DNA from: a virus
Lineage: Duplodnaviria; Heunggongvirae; Uroviricota; Caudoviricetes
Virus record (IMG/VR): IMGVR_UViG_3300023297_000003
Length of the DNA: 64,000 nucleotides
Strand: one strand, 5' to 3'
Within the stretch, counting starts at the first letter, position 1. Each line of letters opens with the position of its first letter. This document shows positions 48,302 through 57,318 of this stretch, one piece after another. Below the pieces are notes generated by a model. It did no database searches, was not told the DNA's origin, and saw only the letters and a program-made list of their open reading frames with translations. Both the position numbers and the translations under genes were made by a program.

Positions 48302-48376
48302 TGGAGCGGGAGACCGGATTCGAACCGGCGACCATCAGCTTGGAAGGCTGATATTCTACCACTGAATTACTCCCGC
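48302..48376 (-). tRNA. tRNA-Gly(TCC)
   Basis: Cloverleaf with CCA. Confidence 0.95.
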
Positions 48377-48598
48377 TTAGTGTTGCTCCTCCTGGGGGAC
48401 GCCCCCGTAGATGAGATTCCACAAAGGTTTACCTGGCCAGTTTGTTTCGGCATGTTCTCGTTTCGTGTAAACAGGAATGAAGGCCACAGGTTGTTCCTCA
48501 TCGGGAACACCATCGGAACTGATCATCGGTGGACTGTCCAAAGGCCAAGGGACAAGCACCACAGGCATGTAAAACTTTGGCGGAGTAGTGGTGGCCAT
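48377..48598 (-). CDS. Hypothetical protein
   Basis: ORF after NADAR. Confidence 0.5.
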   Translation of the reverse strand: MATTTPPKFYMPVVLVPWPLDSPPMISSDGVPDEEQPVAFIPVYTKREHAETNWPGKPLWNLIYGGVPQEEQH

Positions 48599-48600
48599 CA

Positions 48601-49083
48601 CTACTCCGGCACAAGGAGGTTTTCCCTGAGCTTCGTAAGCACTTCGCCCAACCAATTCGTGCCCAACCACTGGCCACGATCCTTGGCCCGCTTGTCGTCC
48701 TTCCGCAAACCTATTCCCCAGACCTTGTCGTGAGGGCTGGCCTCAACCAAGGTGGATCCCGCCGTGGCCACAAGGTGCGCCAGAAGATCCGGGTTCTGTG
48801 TGAACTTGGCGTAGCTTCCCTGGTACACAACGTCCTTGGCAACGGCCCCCCACTTAGTGACGTCAAAGCCTACGACCTGTCTGCCGAACCGCTTCTGGTC
48901 ACTGGGATCCGAGCTGGTCATGATCATGGCTTCCCTCGTGGTGTCCCTGAACAATCGGGCCTTCTCCGCCATCATATACTGCTCCGCACAATTGTACGTC
49001 ACCCCATCGATCACGAAGGGTGATGGATGCCACTGCGAAAAGACGCCCGACCAGAAAAACGTGAATCTCTCTTTCAGTTTCAT
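48601..49083 (-). CDS. NADAR (YbiA/DUF1768) family protein
   Basis: FSQW..EQYMMAEKA.LF.D..KF.QN..LVEASP.D.VWGIG..G.N.LG. Confidence 0.93.
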   Translation of the reverse strand: MKLKERFTFFWSGVFSQWHPSPFVIDGVTYNCAEQYMMAEKARLFRDTTREAMIMTSSDPSDQKRFGRQVVGFDVTKWGAVAKDVVYQGSYAKFTQNPDLLAHLVATAGSTLVEASPHDKVWGIGLRKDDKRAKDRGQWLGTNWLGEVLTKLRENLLVPE

Positions 49084-49302
49084 TCAGCCCCCGATTTCTA
49101 ATCTCTTCAAGACCTTTTCCAACAAGACCCGAGAAACGGACATGTTTGGTCTTCGAATTTCCCCGAAAACCAAAACCTGATCATCGGATTGCTGCTCAAT
49201 CCCTAAAACAGCACCCTCACGAAAACCATCGAGCAACAGGTCTTTTCCGATGTCCTGTTCCGTTACTGTACCAGCAGGTCGGTAAAACTGTACTTTCATC
49301 AT
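49084..49302 (-). CDS. Hypothetical protein
   Basis: ORF with RBS. Confidence 0.5.
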   Translation of the reverse strand: MMKVQFYRPAGTVTEQDIGKDLLLDGFREGAVLGIEQQSDDQVLVFGEIRRPNMSVSRVLLEKVLKRLEIGG

Positions 49303-49316
49303 CTCCCTGTCTCCCC

Positions 49317-49629
49317 TAATGCCGGGTGGCACTGTTTTGGAAGAAGCGGGCTCTCGTTTCCCTTGTCCGTAGCTGTTCCCGCAGTTCCATCAGGTTTAGG
49401 CCCAGTTCTGTCCATTGTCCCTCAGGCACATTACCGCAAAAGGGTAAAGAGGAGAGACCCGATTTGATTTCCATAACGTGGATGGTTACCCATTCCTGTG
49501 TTGTACTGTCTTCGAACCCAATCCAGTGAGGGGCTCCGCATCCTTTGATAGAAGTTCATGGCCTGTTCTTTTGCGCTCCAGGAAATCCTGAAAGAAAAGG
49601 AAACAGCTTTTGAATTGCTTTTCTTTCAT
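49317..49629 (-). pseudogene. Frameshifted PD-(D/E)xK (Holliday resolvase-like) gene
   Basis: MKEKAIQKLFPFLSGFP* and, in another frame, PHWIGFED..IHVMEIKSG. Confidence 0.35.
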
Positions 49630-49644
49630 GTAAAAACCCTCCGG

Positions 49645-49717
49645 TGGGCGGTACTGGACTTGAACCAGTGACCTTCGGCTTGTGATACCGACGTTCTACC
49701 AACTGAGCTAACCGCCC
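49645..49717 (-). tRNA. tRNA-Val(CAC)
   Basis: Cloverleaf. Confidence 0.93.
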
Positions 49718-49903
49718 TCAAATTTCATCCTCTGTCGGTTCCCTGAAGCTGTCTGCGTCAAAGCCCCAGTGAACCTTACCGTCCTTCGTGGCTACCGCAA
49801 CGTGCCCAGGCATGTTCTCGATCCCCCCGAGGAGCAACACTGCCTCGTTCTCTTCCCACGGGTAGTCTAGAACCGCTGAACCTATCGCTATCACTATACG
49901 CAT
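49718..49903 (-). CDS. Hypothetical protein
   Basis: AAGGAG RBS. Confidence 0.55.
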   Translation of the reverse strand: MRIVIAIGSAVLDYPWEENEAVLLLGGIENMPGHVAVATKDGKVHWGFDADSFREPTEDEI

Positions 49904-49913
49904 CGGTAACTCC

Positions 49914-50981
49914 TTAAAAGAACGCATCAAGATCGTCGGGTGCGGTCTTGTGCCCAATGATCAGGAACTCCTGAAGGAGTTCCTGCCTGTAGTCTCGCTC
50001 CTCGGAACTGTCCGACTTGTACCGCTGATAGGGCTCGGCCTGCACCTCCACGGTCTCGCAGCCCCCGTGGAACATCGCTGCCATCATCCGCTGGAGGGGC
50101 ACCGTGCTGTCCGAACTGTAGCTGATGGCAATGAGCCGTGCCCTCGTCCGTCGTACAATCTTCTCCAGGAACTCCGCAACGGCCTCGACAGGGCGGCAGA
50201 AGGTACTCCGGGCATAGTCCTCGGGGAGACCTGTAATGCCCTTCACAACGGGGTCTGTGGCCGACACAGCGGCTTCGTAGAGGTGGTAGTTGGGAGCATA
50301 CTCCCTGGGCACATAGGGTGGATCGATGTAGAGGATGTCCTCCGCATGACTTTGACGGAACTCAGGGTCATCCAGCAGTTCCAGAACGTCCCTGTTGAAC
50401 ACCACCGCAGAAGCCTCCCCGTACACGATGGGGGCGCTCATGGTGAAGCCCCTCTTGGCTTCGGGTCTCCAACCCTTCAGGAAAGCAGCATGGTTCCCTG
50501 TGGTGTTGTCTACTCTACCGATCCCCAGGATCAGGCAGTAGTAGAGGTAGCTCTGCATTACCGGGTCCTTTACCCCTTGGATGAAGGTCCGGGCTGCATC
50601 GATCTGTTGGGCGTTGGCACTGGTGAGGTACCGGCGTTTCCCTGGCCTGTAGGGTTCATCCACGGGGCTGCTGTACTGACGGAAGAAGTGTCCCTCCATC
50701 GGGTTCAGCCTGTTGAGCAGATCGATCATCAACCGGGCCTCAGGCAATCGGGCGGCTGGGAAGCACAACTGCGCCCGAGCCACGTGGGAAGCGAAACACA
50801 GCAGGTCGTTGGCGATGACCTTGTACCCTTCCTTCATTGCCTGGACCGCTACCGAGGCTGTTCCCGTGCAGGCGTCCAGGAAAACGATCCCTGAAGGATC
50901 CATCCCCATTGCTTGGGCGTGCCTGTTGATGTGCCTAAAGAGCCACCGTAGCAACTTGGGCTTGGCACCGATGTACCTCAC
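49914..50981 (-). CDS. DNA adenine methyltransferase (D12 class)
   Basis: MRYIGAK, DACTGTASV, LYIDPPY, NYH. Confidence 0.9.
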   Translation of the reverse strand: MRYIGAKPKLLRWLFRHINRHAQAMGMDPSGIVFLDACTGTASVAVQAMKEGYKVIANDLLCFASHVARAQLCFPAARLPEARLMIDLLNRLNPMEGHFFRQYSSPVDEPYRPGKRRYLTSANAQQIDAARTFIQGVKDPVMQSYLYYCLILGIGRVDNTTGNHAAFLKGWRPEAKRGFTMSAPIVYGEASAVVFNRDVLELLDDPEFRQSHAEDILYIDPPYVPREYAPNYHLYEAAVSATDPVVKGITGLPEDYARSTFCRPVEAVAEFLEKIVRRTRARLIAISYSSDSTVPLQRMMAAMFHGGCETVEVQAEPYQRYKSDSSEERDYRQELLQEFLIIGHKTAPDDLDAFF

Positions 50982-51712
50982 AGCAAGTCCCCCATGTCAG
51001 GAAGATCGAACTGAGAGTCGGTCTCCCGCTTTTTCCTCATCGGTTCAGCCACCACCTCTAGAATCGCACCCATGTCTACTCCATCGGGAGGCGGTGGGCG
51101 CACGGGCTGCAAGTTCCGCAAGGCGGTCCGGCTGAACTTGGTTCGGTGGTGTGGGGTCAACCCCAACTCCTTCAAACCGATCAAATGTTCCTTGGTGCCG
51201 TAACCCTTGTTCCGTTCCCAACCATACCCCGGACAAGCCTCACCCAACCTCTCCATGTAGTTGTCACGGTTGGTCTTGGCGATGACGGAGGCAGCGCTTA
51301 CCTGCCAGAAGTTGAGATCGGCCTTGGCGATGAAGCGGGATGGGACGGAGCCATAGTAGTTGGGGGGCCACAGAACATCGGAACCGTCCACGATGATGTC
51401 GGACACCGGACCTGGGGGATCCACGAGGAGACGCTCCACGCATTCCCTGAAACACTCGGTGACGGTTTTAACGATCCCCCGCTGGTTGATGTCGTTGACA
51501 GACCTCGTGGCGATGACCCAGCGGATCTCAGGGTGGCCCTGAAGTTCCGCTGCAGCAATGGTTCGCTTCCTGTACGTCATCTTCTTGCTGTCGGTGACCC
51601 CTGACACAGGCTCTAGCCCGATAGGGGATAGGACACCCGCCGTGTAGACGTCCCCAGCGAGACAACCTCGCCCGACCTCGTCCACACCGATGCGCCAGAG
51701 TACCTGTGTCAC
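50978..51712 (-). CDS. rnhB: Ribonuclease HII
   Basis: GVDEVGRG, DSKK, VDG, SAASVIAK, KGYGT..H. Confidence 0.95.
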   Translation of the reverse strand: MTQVLWRIGVDEVGRGCLAGDVYTAGVLSPIGLEPVSGVTDSKKMTYRKRTIAAAELQGHPEIRWVIATRSVNDINQRGIVKTVTECFRECVERLLVDPPGPVSDIIVDGSDVLWPPNYYGSVPSRFIAKADLNFWQVSAASVIAKTNRDNYMERLGEACPGYGWERNKGYGTKEHLIGLKELGLTPHHRTKFSRTALRNLQPVRPPPPDGVDMGAILEVVAEPMRKKRETDSQFDLPDMGDLL

Positions 51713-52023
51713 GCTAGGGACTCCTTCAAGGTGAAGTGTCGCTGCAACCACTCCCCGCTGCGGAGATCAAAAACGTGCCGTGTGTCAGGGAACTTCCTGT
51801 ACACCGTCAGGTCCGAGGAGTTCAGGAGGGATGCGTGGGCCAAGAGCTTTCCGGTCTCACAGTCAAACTCCAGGATCTCATCAATCCTCCAGAGCAGAGG
51901 GTTCGCTTCCATTTGCCACCGCTCTAGTGGTTCGAACATGTTGGGGTTGGGACTGAAGATCATCCCCACTTTGATTTTGCTGATAACCATGTTTACCTCG
52001 GGTAACGGATCGTTGTTGTTCAT
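51709..52023 (-). CDS. Hypothetical protein
   Basis: Coupled ORF. Confidence 0.55.
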   Translation of the reverse strand: MNNNDPLPEVNMVISKIKVGMIFSPNPNMFEPLERWQMEANPLLWRIDEILEFDCETGKLLAHASLLNSSDLTVYRKFPDTRHVFDLRSGEWLQRHFTLKESLA

Positions 52024-52787
52024 CCTTGTTGAGAGCTTTGTTTTTTCCGAGAGGACATCCGTTGCAGCCTTCGCAGGTCCGCAATGTCAATCTCATCCAG
52101 TAGCACCAGGGGAGCGTCCAGAAGCCCTTCCCTTACGATTTGTTTCAGCAAGGCCACCTTTTTTTCATCTCCAGGTCTTACCCTCTGTATTCGGTGTATC
52201 TCTAAATAAAACATCCCAAAGGGAGCCCAGACACGAAAATCCGGCAGGTATGTACGCCCCCCGACTAGTGTGAACCGCCTGGGCTCATACTGCCACTTCC
52301 AATACAGTGAGTCTAGCGTCTCGGCTCCTAGTTTTTCCCAAGAGGATCGGAATTTGTGCTTTACACCTTTTGGATCTGTGTAAACAGTCCAGTTGGGCCA
52401 CTTAGGTTTCCGCCGTCTAGCTAAAATTTCCTTGCACCGATCTGAGCGAGCATAATCCTGTACTGCTTTTTTCCAGGAGTCTGTTGAGGTGATTCGTTTC
52501 ATGTTTTTTGATCGGAGTTCTCGGTACTCTGGTGTTTGCATGGCCCTTTCATGGTTTGCTCGTTTTTCTGGATCCAGCCAGGATTTTTGTGTCCTTTTGC
52601 TTTGAGCCTTTCCGTAGGCATCGGACTTCCGATGTTCCTTTCCCCAGAGGGATCGTTTCCGACCCCCACCGAGACGGCCACAAACGGAACTACAATAGAG
52701 CCGGGTCGCAGGGCCTTTTGCTCTAGACGGAAGCACCCAGTAGGGTTCTCCACACTCAGCACACCACATTTGCACCTTTTTCTTCAC
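52020..52787 (-). CDS. PD-(D/E)xK homing-type endonuclease
   Basis: FRSSWE..WQYEP..TYLPDF..YLEI; N-terminal Zn finger. Confidence 0.75.
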   Translation of the reverse strand: MKKKVQMWCAECGEPYWVLPSRAKGPATRLYCSSVCGRLGGGRKRSLWGKEHRKSDAYGKAQSKRTQKSWLDPEKRANHERAMQTPEYRELRSKNMKRITSTDSWKKAVQDYARSDRCKEILARRRKPKWPNWTVYTDPKGVKHKFRSSWEKLGAETLDSLYWKWQYEPRRFTLVGGRTYLPDFRVWAPFGMFYLEIHRIQRVRPGDEKKVALLKQIVREGLLDAPLVLLDEIDIADLRRLQRMSSRKKQSSQQG

Positions 52788-52799
52788 CCTGTTCTTCCC

Positions 52800-53093
52800 C
52801 TATCGTTTTCGATTACGAGACTCCCTTAGACGAACACTTGTCCCTGGAGCAACCTTACGGATAAATGACAGAGCTTTCTGGACTCTGTCATTTGCCAAAA
52901 GTCCCTCCAGAGTATCTAGCTGTTGCTTTGTGTCTCGGATGTCCGTGTTCGAAAACAGAAGATGTATATTCCGGTGACATTCCCGGCAGATCCGATCCGT
53001 GTTGATCTTGTCTACCCTACGGGTTTTCAGGTGGTGCTTCTCCATCAGTTCTGGAGGCATCTCCCGGTTGCATAGCGGACAAGCCATAATCAC
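52800..53093 (-). CDS. Small HNH-like protein
   Basis: CPLC..HHL..CRECH..IH. Confidence 0.75.
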   Translation of the reverse strand: MIMACPLCNREMPPELMEKHHLKTRRVDKINTDRICRECHRNIHLLFSNTDIRDTKQQLDTLEGLLANDRVQKALSFIRKVAPGTSVRLRESRNRKR

Positions 53094-53095
53094 AT

Positions 53096-53371
53096 CTAAT
53101 CCACGTCAACAAAACCACCACAAACGGGACATGCCTGAGGAGTTTCCTCCTTGGTCAGGTATTGCTGTGTACGGATGATCCGAGCAGCCCGTTCACAAGC
53201 TTCCACGACTACGTCCCGGTACGTCCGCTGTGGTTCGTTCCCCTCTCGGGGAAACGGAGCGTCCAGTTTGGACAGGGCATCTTCCCAGTGGAGAAGGCTT
53301 CTGAGTGGATTGTAGTCCTTCGTCCAGAAGTCGTCCTGCTCCCAACCGCATCTGCGACAAAATATAAACAT
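53096..53371 (-). CDS. Small Zn-finger protein
   Basis: CRRC, CPVC. Confidence 0.65.
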   Translation of the reverse strand: MFIFCRRCGWEQDDFWTKDYNPLRSLLHWEDALSKLDAPFPREGNEPQRTYRDVVVEACERAARIIRTQQYLTKEETPQACPVCGGFVDVD

Positions 53372-53394
53372 GGCAAGGTCCTCCCTACAGTCGT

Positions 53395-53421
53395 CTACTC
53401 AAAGGAGGGCACTGATGATCA
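53395..53421 (-). promoter_or_regulatory. Phage promoter GATCAT-N14-GAGTAG
   Basis: Exact motif. Confidence 0.7.
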
Positions 53422-53535
53422 GGAAAAGTTTAGGCCCAAGAGGTTTCCATCTGGTGTTTTTTCAGCATCAGATTTGGGCGCTTTTACTAAAGAGACTCTG
53501 AGCCTGGCCGTAATCCCGATCCTAAGGAGGACACA

Positions 53536-53802
53536 ATGGACCAGCTTGTTGATTATCTGAGAGAGACCTTCACGGATGACTTGGTGATGTGGGACGTGGA
53601 GTATACACAGCGTGCAGGAGTTGAGAAGGACCTACGGGGTCGCTGTAAGGTCTTCATCCACTACCGGCCCGGAGACCCTGGCCCCCAGCCGAAGGACATC
53701 ACGATCACGGAAGCGACCCCTGAGTTTGTTCTGGCGAGGCTGCGATTGAACCTGGAGTTCCAGGCCCGATGTGCTGAGGTGGGTATCCCTGCTGCTCTGT
53801 AG
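53536..53802 (+). CDS. Hypothetical protein
   Basis: TAAGGAGG RBS. Confidence 0.65.
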   Translation: MDQLVDYLRETFTDDLVMWDVEYTQRAGVEKDLRGRCKVFIHYRPGDPGPQPKDITITEATPEFVLARLRLNLEFQARCAEVGIPAAL

Positions 53803-53875
53803 AGGCGACACCCGGATTCGAACCGAGGCATGCCAGATTTGCAATCTGGTGCATTACCAATTTTGCTATGTCGCC
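53803..53875 (-). tRNA. tRNA-Cys(GCA)
   Basis: Cloverleaf. Confidence 0.95.
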
Positions 53876-53876
53876 T

Positions 53877-53952
53877 TGGTGGTGAGAGGCGGGATCGAAC
53901 CGCCGACAACACCCTTATGAGGGGTGGGCTCTACCAACTGAGCTATCTCACC
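53877..53952 (-). tRNA. tRNA-Met(CAT), elongator or Ile2
   Basis: Cloverleaf with CCA. Confidence 0.9.
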
Positions 53953-53956
53953 AAAG

Positions 53957-54028
53957 CAGGGGTGGAAGGATTTGAACCTCCGGCATCCAGATTCAGAGTC
54001 TGGCGTTCTACCACTGAACTACACCCCT
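53957..54028 (-). tRNA. tRNA-Gln(CTG)
   Basis: Cloverleaf. Confidence 0.93.
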
Positions 54029-54115
54029 GTGTTGCACCCACCGATACCCTAGCTGAAAACAAGGACACCGGCAACATCTAACAGGATCTTTGTTGAACTT
54101 CTTATTTTAATGAGG

Positions 54116-54187
54116 CAGGGGCGGCAGGATTCGAACCTGCGATACAGGGACCAAAGCCCTGTGTCTTAACCACTTGACGACACCCCC
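54116..54187 (-). tRNA. tRNA-Gln(TTG)
   Basis: Cloverleaf. Confidence 0.93.
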
Positions 54188-54259
54188 GGACAGAGAATAG
54201 GACCAGACCGTTCTTTCCCCACTCAGGAGCCCCGTTTCAAAGTATCCTTAGGATGCTCC

Positions 54260-54517
54260 TTAAACAGTGAGCAAAGGTTCGGGGTAAACCCCCGGTCCCA
54301 GCACAATCACAGCCCCCTGTTTCATCATACGGACCTGAGCGTTCAGTCTTTTCCGAATTGCGTACAAGGCCGTGACCTTGTACAGCGCCTTGGTGCTGGA
54401 GGAAAAGCTGAGTCGCAACGGCTGCGTTTCAGCTTCGTGCAGCAACGCTATGTTACTGTCCTTCTGGGTATCTCGTACCCCGTCCCATTCAGCAATCGTA
54501 ATCTGTTCCTTTTTCAT
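54260..54517 (-). CDS. Hypothetical protein
   Basis: GGAGG RBS. Confidence 0.6.
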   Translation of the reverse strand: MKKEQITIAEWDGVRDTQKDSNIALLHEAETQPLRLSFSSSTKALYKVTALYAIRKRLNAQVRMMKQGAVIVLGPGVYPEPLLTV

Positions 54518-54580
54518 CTCGTCCTCCCAACCGTCGTAAACCCGCAACAGAGTATACTACTCCGTTCGCCTGACAATGGG

Positions 54581-54653
54581 TGGAGCTGAGGGGAATCGAA
54601 CCCCTGACTTTTGCCTTGCGAAGGCAACGCTCTCCCAACTGAGCTACAGCCCC
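54581..54653 (-). tRNA. tRNA-Ala(CGC)
   Basis: Cloverleaf, G3:U70. Confidence 0.95.
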
Positions 54654-54725
54654 TGAACATCGGCCAATAAGGTTTGATGAGGTGCCTGACGATTTCCTCA
54701 GGAGTCCTGACCAAACCCAATCTAG

Positions 54726-54797
54726 TAGCGGGGGACGGGATCGAACCGCCGACCTCCGGGTTATGAGTCTTCTGAGCTACCACTGCGCCACCTCGCA
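54726..54797 (-). tRNA. tRNA-fMet(CAT)-like with unpaired anticodon stem (possible pseudogene or chimera)
   Basis: 1:72 mismatch; GAAGA-CTCATAA-CCCGG does not pair. Confidence 0.7.
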
Positions 54798-54946
54798 AAA
54801 AAGCCGGTTTCGAGTGCTTTATCTCTCACCGGCAAGAGAGATTCGGAGTGGGAGAGAGGGGAAGAAAACACCTGCATGCGGGAACCTCTCTTGATCCCAG
54901 GCTATGGAACACTCGTGCCTCGCCTTGCTATGTACCCCCGCACACA

Positions 54947-55022
54947 TGGAGCGGGCAACGGGACTCGGACCCGTGGCCTTCTGGATGGGAACCAGATGCT
55001 CTACCAACTGAGCTATGCCCGC
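54947..55022 (-). tRNA. tRNA-Gly(CCC)
   Basis: Cloverleaf with CCA; T loop TCCGAGT. Confidence 0.9.
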
Positions 55023-55023
55023 A

Positions 55024-55200
55024 TTATTCAAACGAAGCCTTCATCTTGGAAAAGACTGCCAAAAAGACCCGGTGTGCTTCTCCTGCGTCCTTGATGGTTT
55101 CACCTTTGTACAGGAAGCCCCCGGTGGTCAGACGCAGGACTTCCTCCTCGCCAACACTGAAGGTGATCGTGTTTTCCGATGTGAAATTGTTTTCGCTCAT
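55024..55200 (-). CDS. Hypothetical protein
   Basis: GGAGG RBS. Confidence 0.55.
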   Translation of the reverse strand: MSENNFTSENTITFSVGEEEVLRLTTGGFLYKGETIKDAGEAHRVFLAVFSKMKASFE

Positions 55201-55214
55201 TTTGACCTCCATAG

Positions 55215-55287
55215 TGGAGCCTACGAGAATCGAACTCGTGACCTCCGCCTTGCAAAAGCGGCGCTCTCCCAACTGAGCTAAGGCCCC
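55215..55287 (-). tRNA. tRNA-Ala(TGC)
   Basis: Cloverleaf, G3:U70. Confidence 0.95.
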
Positions 55288-55291
55288 ATAC

Positions 55292-55572
55292 GGTCTCCGG
55301 GAGAGTGTGCCCTCGGAGACCTTGAACCATTCGGGTGCTCCTTGTATTTAGGGGCAGGATCCCGATTACAGCCTGATCTTTTCAAATCCCGTCACCCGGA
55401 GGGTTGCTCAGGCGCATCCCAGGGGTCTAGTGGTTCGTATACCTTCGGCACCCTTCTAGGACACCCTCAAGGTGCCTTGCCTCAGGCTCGTGACCACCGG
55501 GTACTGGTGGGTTCCTTTTTAAGAGTCAAACCTCCGCCCCACACTCAGCATCTAAGGTTTGTCAGTCCCCCA
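55292..55572 (-). ncRNA. Candidate ~280 nt structured RNA or leader
   Basis: Between promoter and tRNA-Ala; multiple hairpins; no credible ORF. Confidence 0.4.
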
Positions 55573-55584
55573 TCCATGTCTACC

Positions 55585-55611
55585 CTACTCTAAAAGCCAA
55601 AGAAATGATCA
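55585..55611 (-). promoter_or_regulatory. Phage promoter GATCAT-N14-GAGTAG
   Basis: Exact motif. Confidence 0.7.
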
Positions 55612-55617
55612 TCCTTT

Positions 55618-56193
55618 CTAGGTCAACCTGACAACCCCCGTTGCCGTCAACTGGAGGCTGCGCTTCTCACCCGTCTCCAGGAACAACTGGATGACCATCG
55701 CCATCTGTGCCCCGACCATCCCGATGAAGGGCAGGGCGTCGCCGTTCTCACAGGTGGCCTGTCCCGGCTCCCCCTCAGCATCGGGAACGAAGTACTCGTC
55801 CCACATGATTCGTCCGAACAGCCCCTCGGCGGAGAGGCCACCGTGGAGGCACGGGATGCCGTGCTCTCGGACGTACCCCTGGATGACCAGACGGGCCTCG
55901 ATGTTGTCCGTACAGTCTATGACGAGTTCGGCGTCCCGCATCACTTCCCGGACGTTGTCCGTGGTGAGCTTGTGCGGAATGATCTCCAGGCTCCGCCCCC
56001 ACATCCCTTGCATCGCCTGTTGAAGGGCCTGCACCTTGTTCCGGCCAGACCCCATCCGGGTGTGGAACTGTGCCTGGGTATTTTTCATCTCCACCCGGTC
56101 GAAGTCCACCACTCGGATCGTGTGTTCCCAGTTACGCCCGAACAGGATGATGTGGCTTCCCAGCGCTCCTGCTCCTACAATGACGATGGTCAT
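55618..56193 (-). CDS. ThiF/E1-like adenylyltransferase
   Basis: IVGAGALG, DFDRVE..N..Q, K, DCTDN..R, candidate Cys in ATCE. Confidence 0.9.
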   Translation of the reverse strand: MTIVIVGAGALGSHIILFGRNWEHTIRVVDFDRVEMKNTQAQFHTRMGSGRNKVQALQQAMQGMWGRSLEIIPHKLTTDNVREVMRDAELVIDCTDNIEARLVIQGYVREHGIPCLHGGLSAEGLFGRIMWDEYFVPDAEGEPGQATCENGDALPFIGMVGAQMAMVIQLFLETGEKRSLQLTATGVVRLT

Positions 56194-56399
56194 GGTACCC
56201 TCAACCAGCATCCGGCCTCGGATCCCCCGTATCCCGGCAGCCATTTCTGCACCTTGCCACACACCGAACACCTTCGAGTGATTTCCGGCGAGCCAGGGGG
56301 CGGGAAGATGTCCGTGATATGCGGGGGTTGGGACCGCACCCACTTGTGGCAATGTAACCCACTCAGCTCTGCCACTATTTTTTTCCACAACATGGGCAT
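56190..56399 (-). CDS. Small Zn-binding protein
   Basis: LHCHKW..CSVCG. Confidence 0.55.
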   Translation of the reverse strand: MPMLWKKIVAELSGLHCHKWVRSQPPHITDIFPPPGSPEITRRCSVCGKVQKWLPGYGGSEAGCWLRVP

Positions 56400-56605
56400 T
56401 TACCTCCGTTCTTTTCGATCCACACGTCCAACAGGAACATCATCGTTTCACCAATGTCCCCGTCGCCACCCATCTTGATGTCAACAGGAAGGCCAGCCTC
56501 GCCGTCGATTTTGGACATGGCCCTCACCACCGCTTCCGAGAAGGGGTGATGAGGGACGCCGTCTTCCCACCGCTGATCTAGCCTCGCCCCCGTGTCCCCG
56601 GCCAT
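56375..56605 (-). CDS. Hypothetical protein
   Basis: Coupled ORF. Confidence 0.55.
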   Translation of the reverse strand: MAGDTGARLDQRWEDGVPHHPFSEAVVRAMSKIDGEAGLPVDIKMGGDGDIGETMMFLLDVWIEKNGGKCPCCGKK

Positions 56606-56854
56606 CTAGGCTCCGAGCGGGGCCTTGGGACGCACGATGATCTTGTTGTCCGGGATCTCGTCGTTGGCCGGAAAGCGGTTCACCACGAAATCCTTGAGGT
56701 CGATGTCAGGGTCGGCATTGATGCCGGGCACCGATCCGTCCCTCACGGCCTCCTCGACCCAGCCCCGGATTTCCTGATCCGTGGCATCGTAAAGAACCGG
56801 GTCCGGGAGGTCACCGTTCTGACCGTCCCACGTAATGTTCACTCGTGCATTCAT
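56606..56854 (-). CDS. Ubiquitin-like protein (putative)
   Basis: 82 aa beta-grasp-like pattern ending VRPKAPLG-A; between JAB and E1; AGGAGG RBS. Confidence 0.7.
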   Translation of the reverse strand: MNARVNITWDGQNGDLPDPVLYDATDQEIRGWVEEAVRDGSVPGINADPDIDLKDFVVNRFPANDEIPDNKIIVRPKAPLGA

Positions 56855-56904
56855 CTGATCCTCCTGTTTGTCCACGAGGTTGATCCTCGGGCTGTACCAC
56901 TATA

Positions 56905-56931
56905 CTACTCGGGGGCACTCTAGGATGATCC
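56905..56931 (-). promoter_or_regulatory. Phage promoter GATCAT-N14-GAGTAG
   Basis: Exact motif. Confidence 0.7.
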
Positions 56932-57309
56932 TGAGAGTCTCAGCAACTCCTCGATCTCAAGCTCATGTTCGATTCGGGGCGGGATCTTTTGGGGGCGCAC
57001 CACTACGTATTCGTCCGTCACCACGTGCCGCATGAAGTACTTGACCTCGGTGAGGGTGATAATCGGCCAAAGGAGTCTTTGACCAAGGCCCTTCTCCAAG
57101 GCGGTGAAGGTGGTTGTGTCCGTATGGGACGGCCACGCTTCTCCCCTCCACGGGTGCGTATGCGCCAGCCCCCCGAGATTCTTCCGGTTGTCCCAGAGGA
57201 ATTGCCAGAGGTCGAAGGAGTCCGGGATGCTTCCCCCTGTGCGTCCAGGCGGGAGATGCCAAAGGAGCGTCTTTCCGTCCTTGTCAAAAACTAATGCAAC
57301 TTCGATCAT
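56920..57309 (-). CDS. JAB/JAMM metallopeptidase
   Basis: N-terminal Glu, HTHP-x6-PSHTD (HxH..SxxD). Confidence 0.88.
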   Translation of the reverse strand: MIEVALVFDKDGKTLLWHLPPGRTGGSIPDSFDLWQFLWDNRKNLGGLAHTHPWRGEAWPSHTDTTTFTALEKGLGQRLLWPIITLTEVKYFMRHVVTDEYVVVRPQKIPPRIEHELEIEELLRLSGSS

Positions 57310-57318
57310 TGTAGTCTC

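Noticed and set aside
55540-55580. Matching leader-peptide attenuator for the minus-strand tRNA block
   Set aside because: The short ORF MDGGLTNLRC has no clear RBS, no U-tailed terminator and no codon match.
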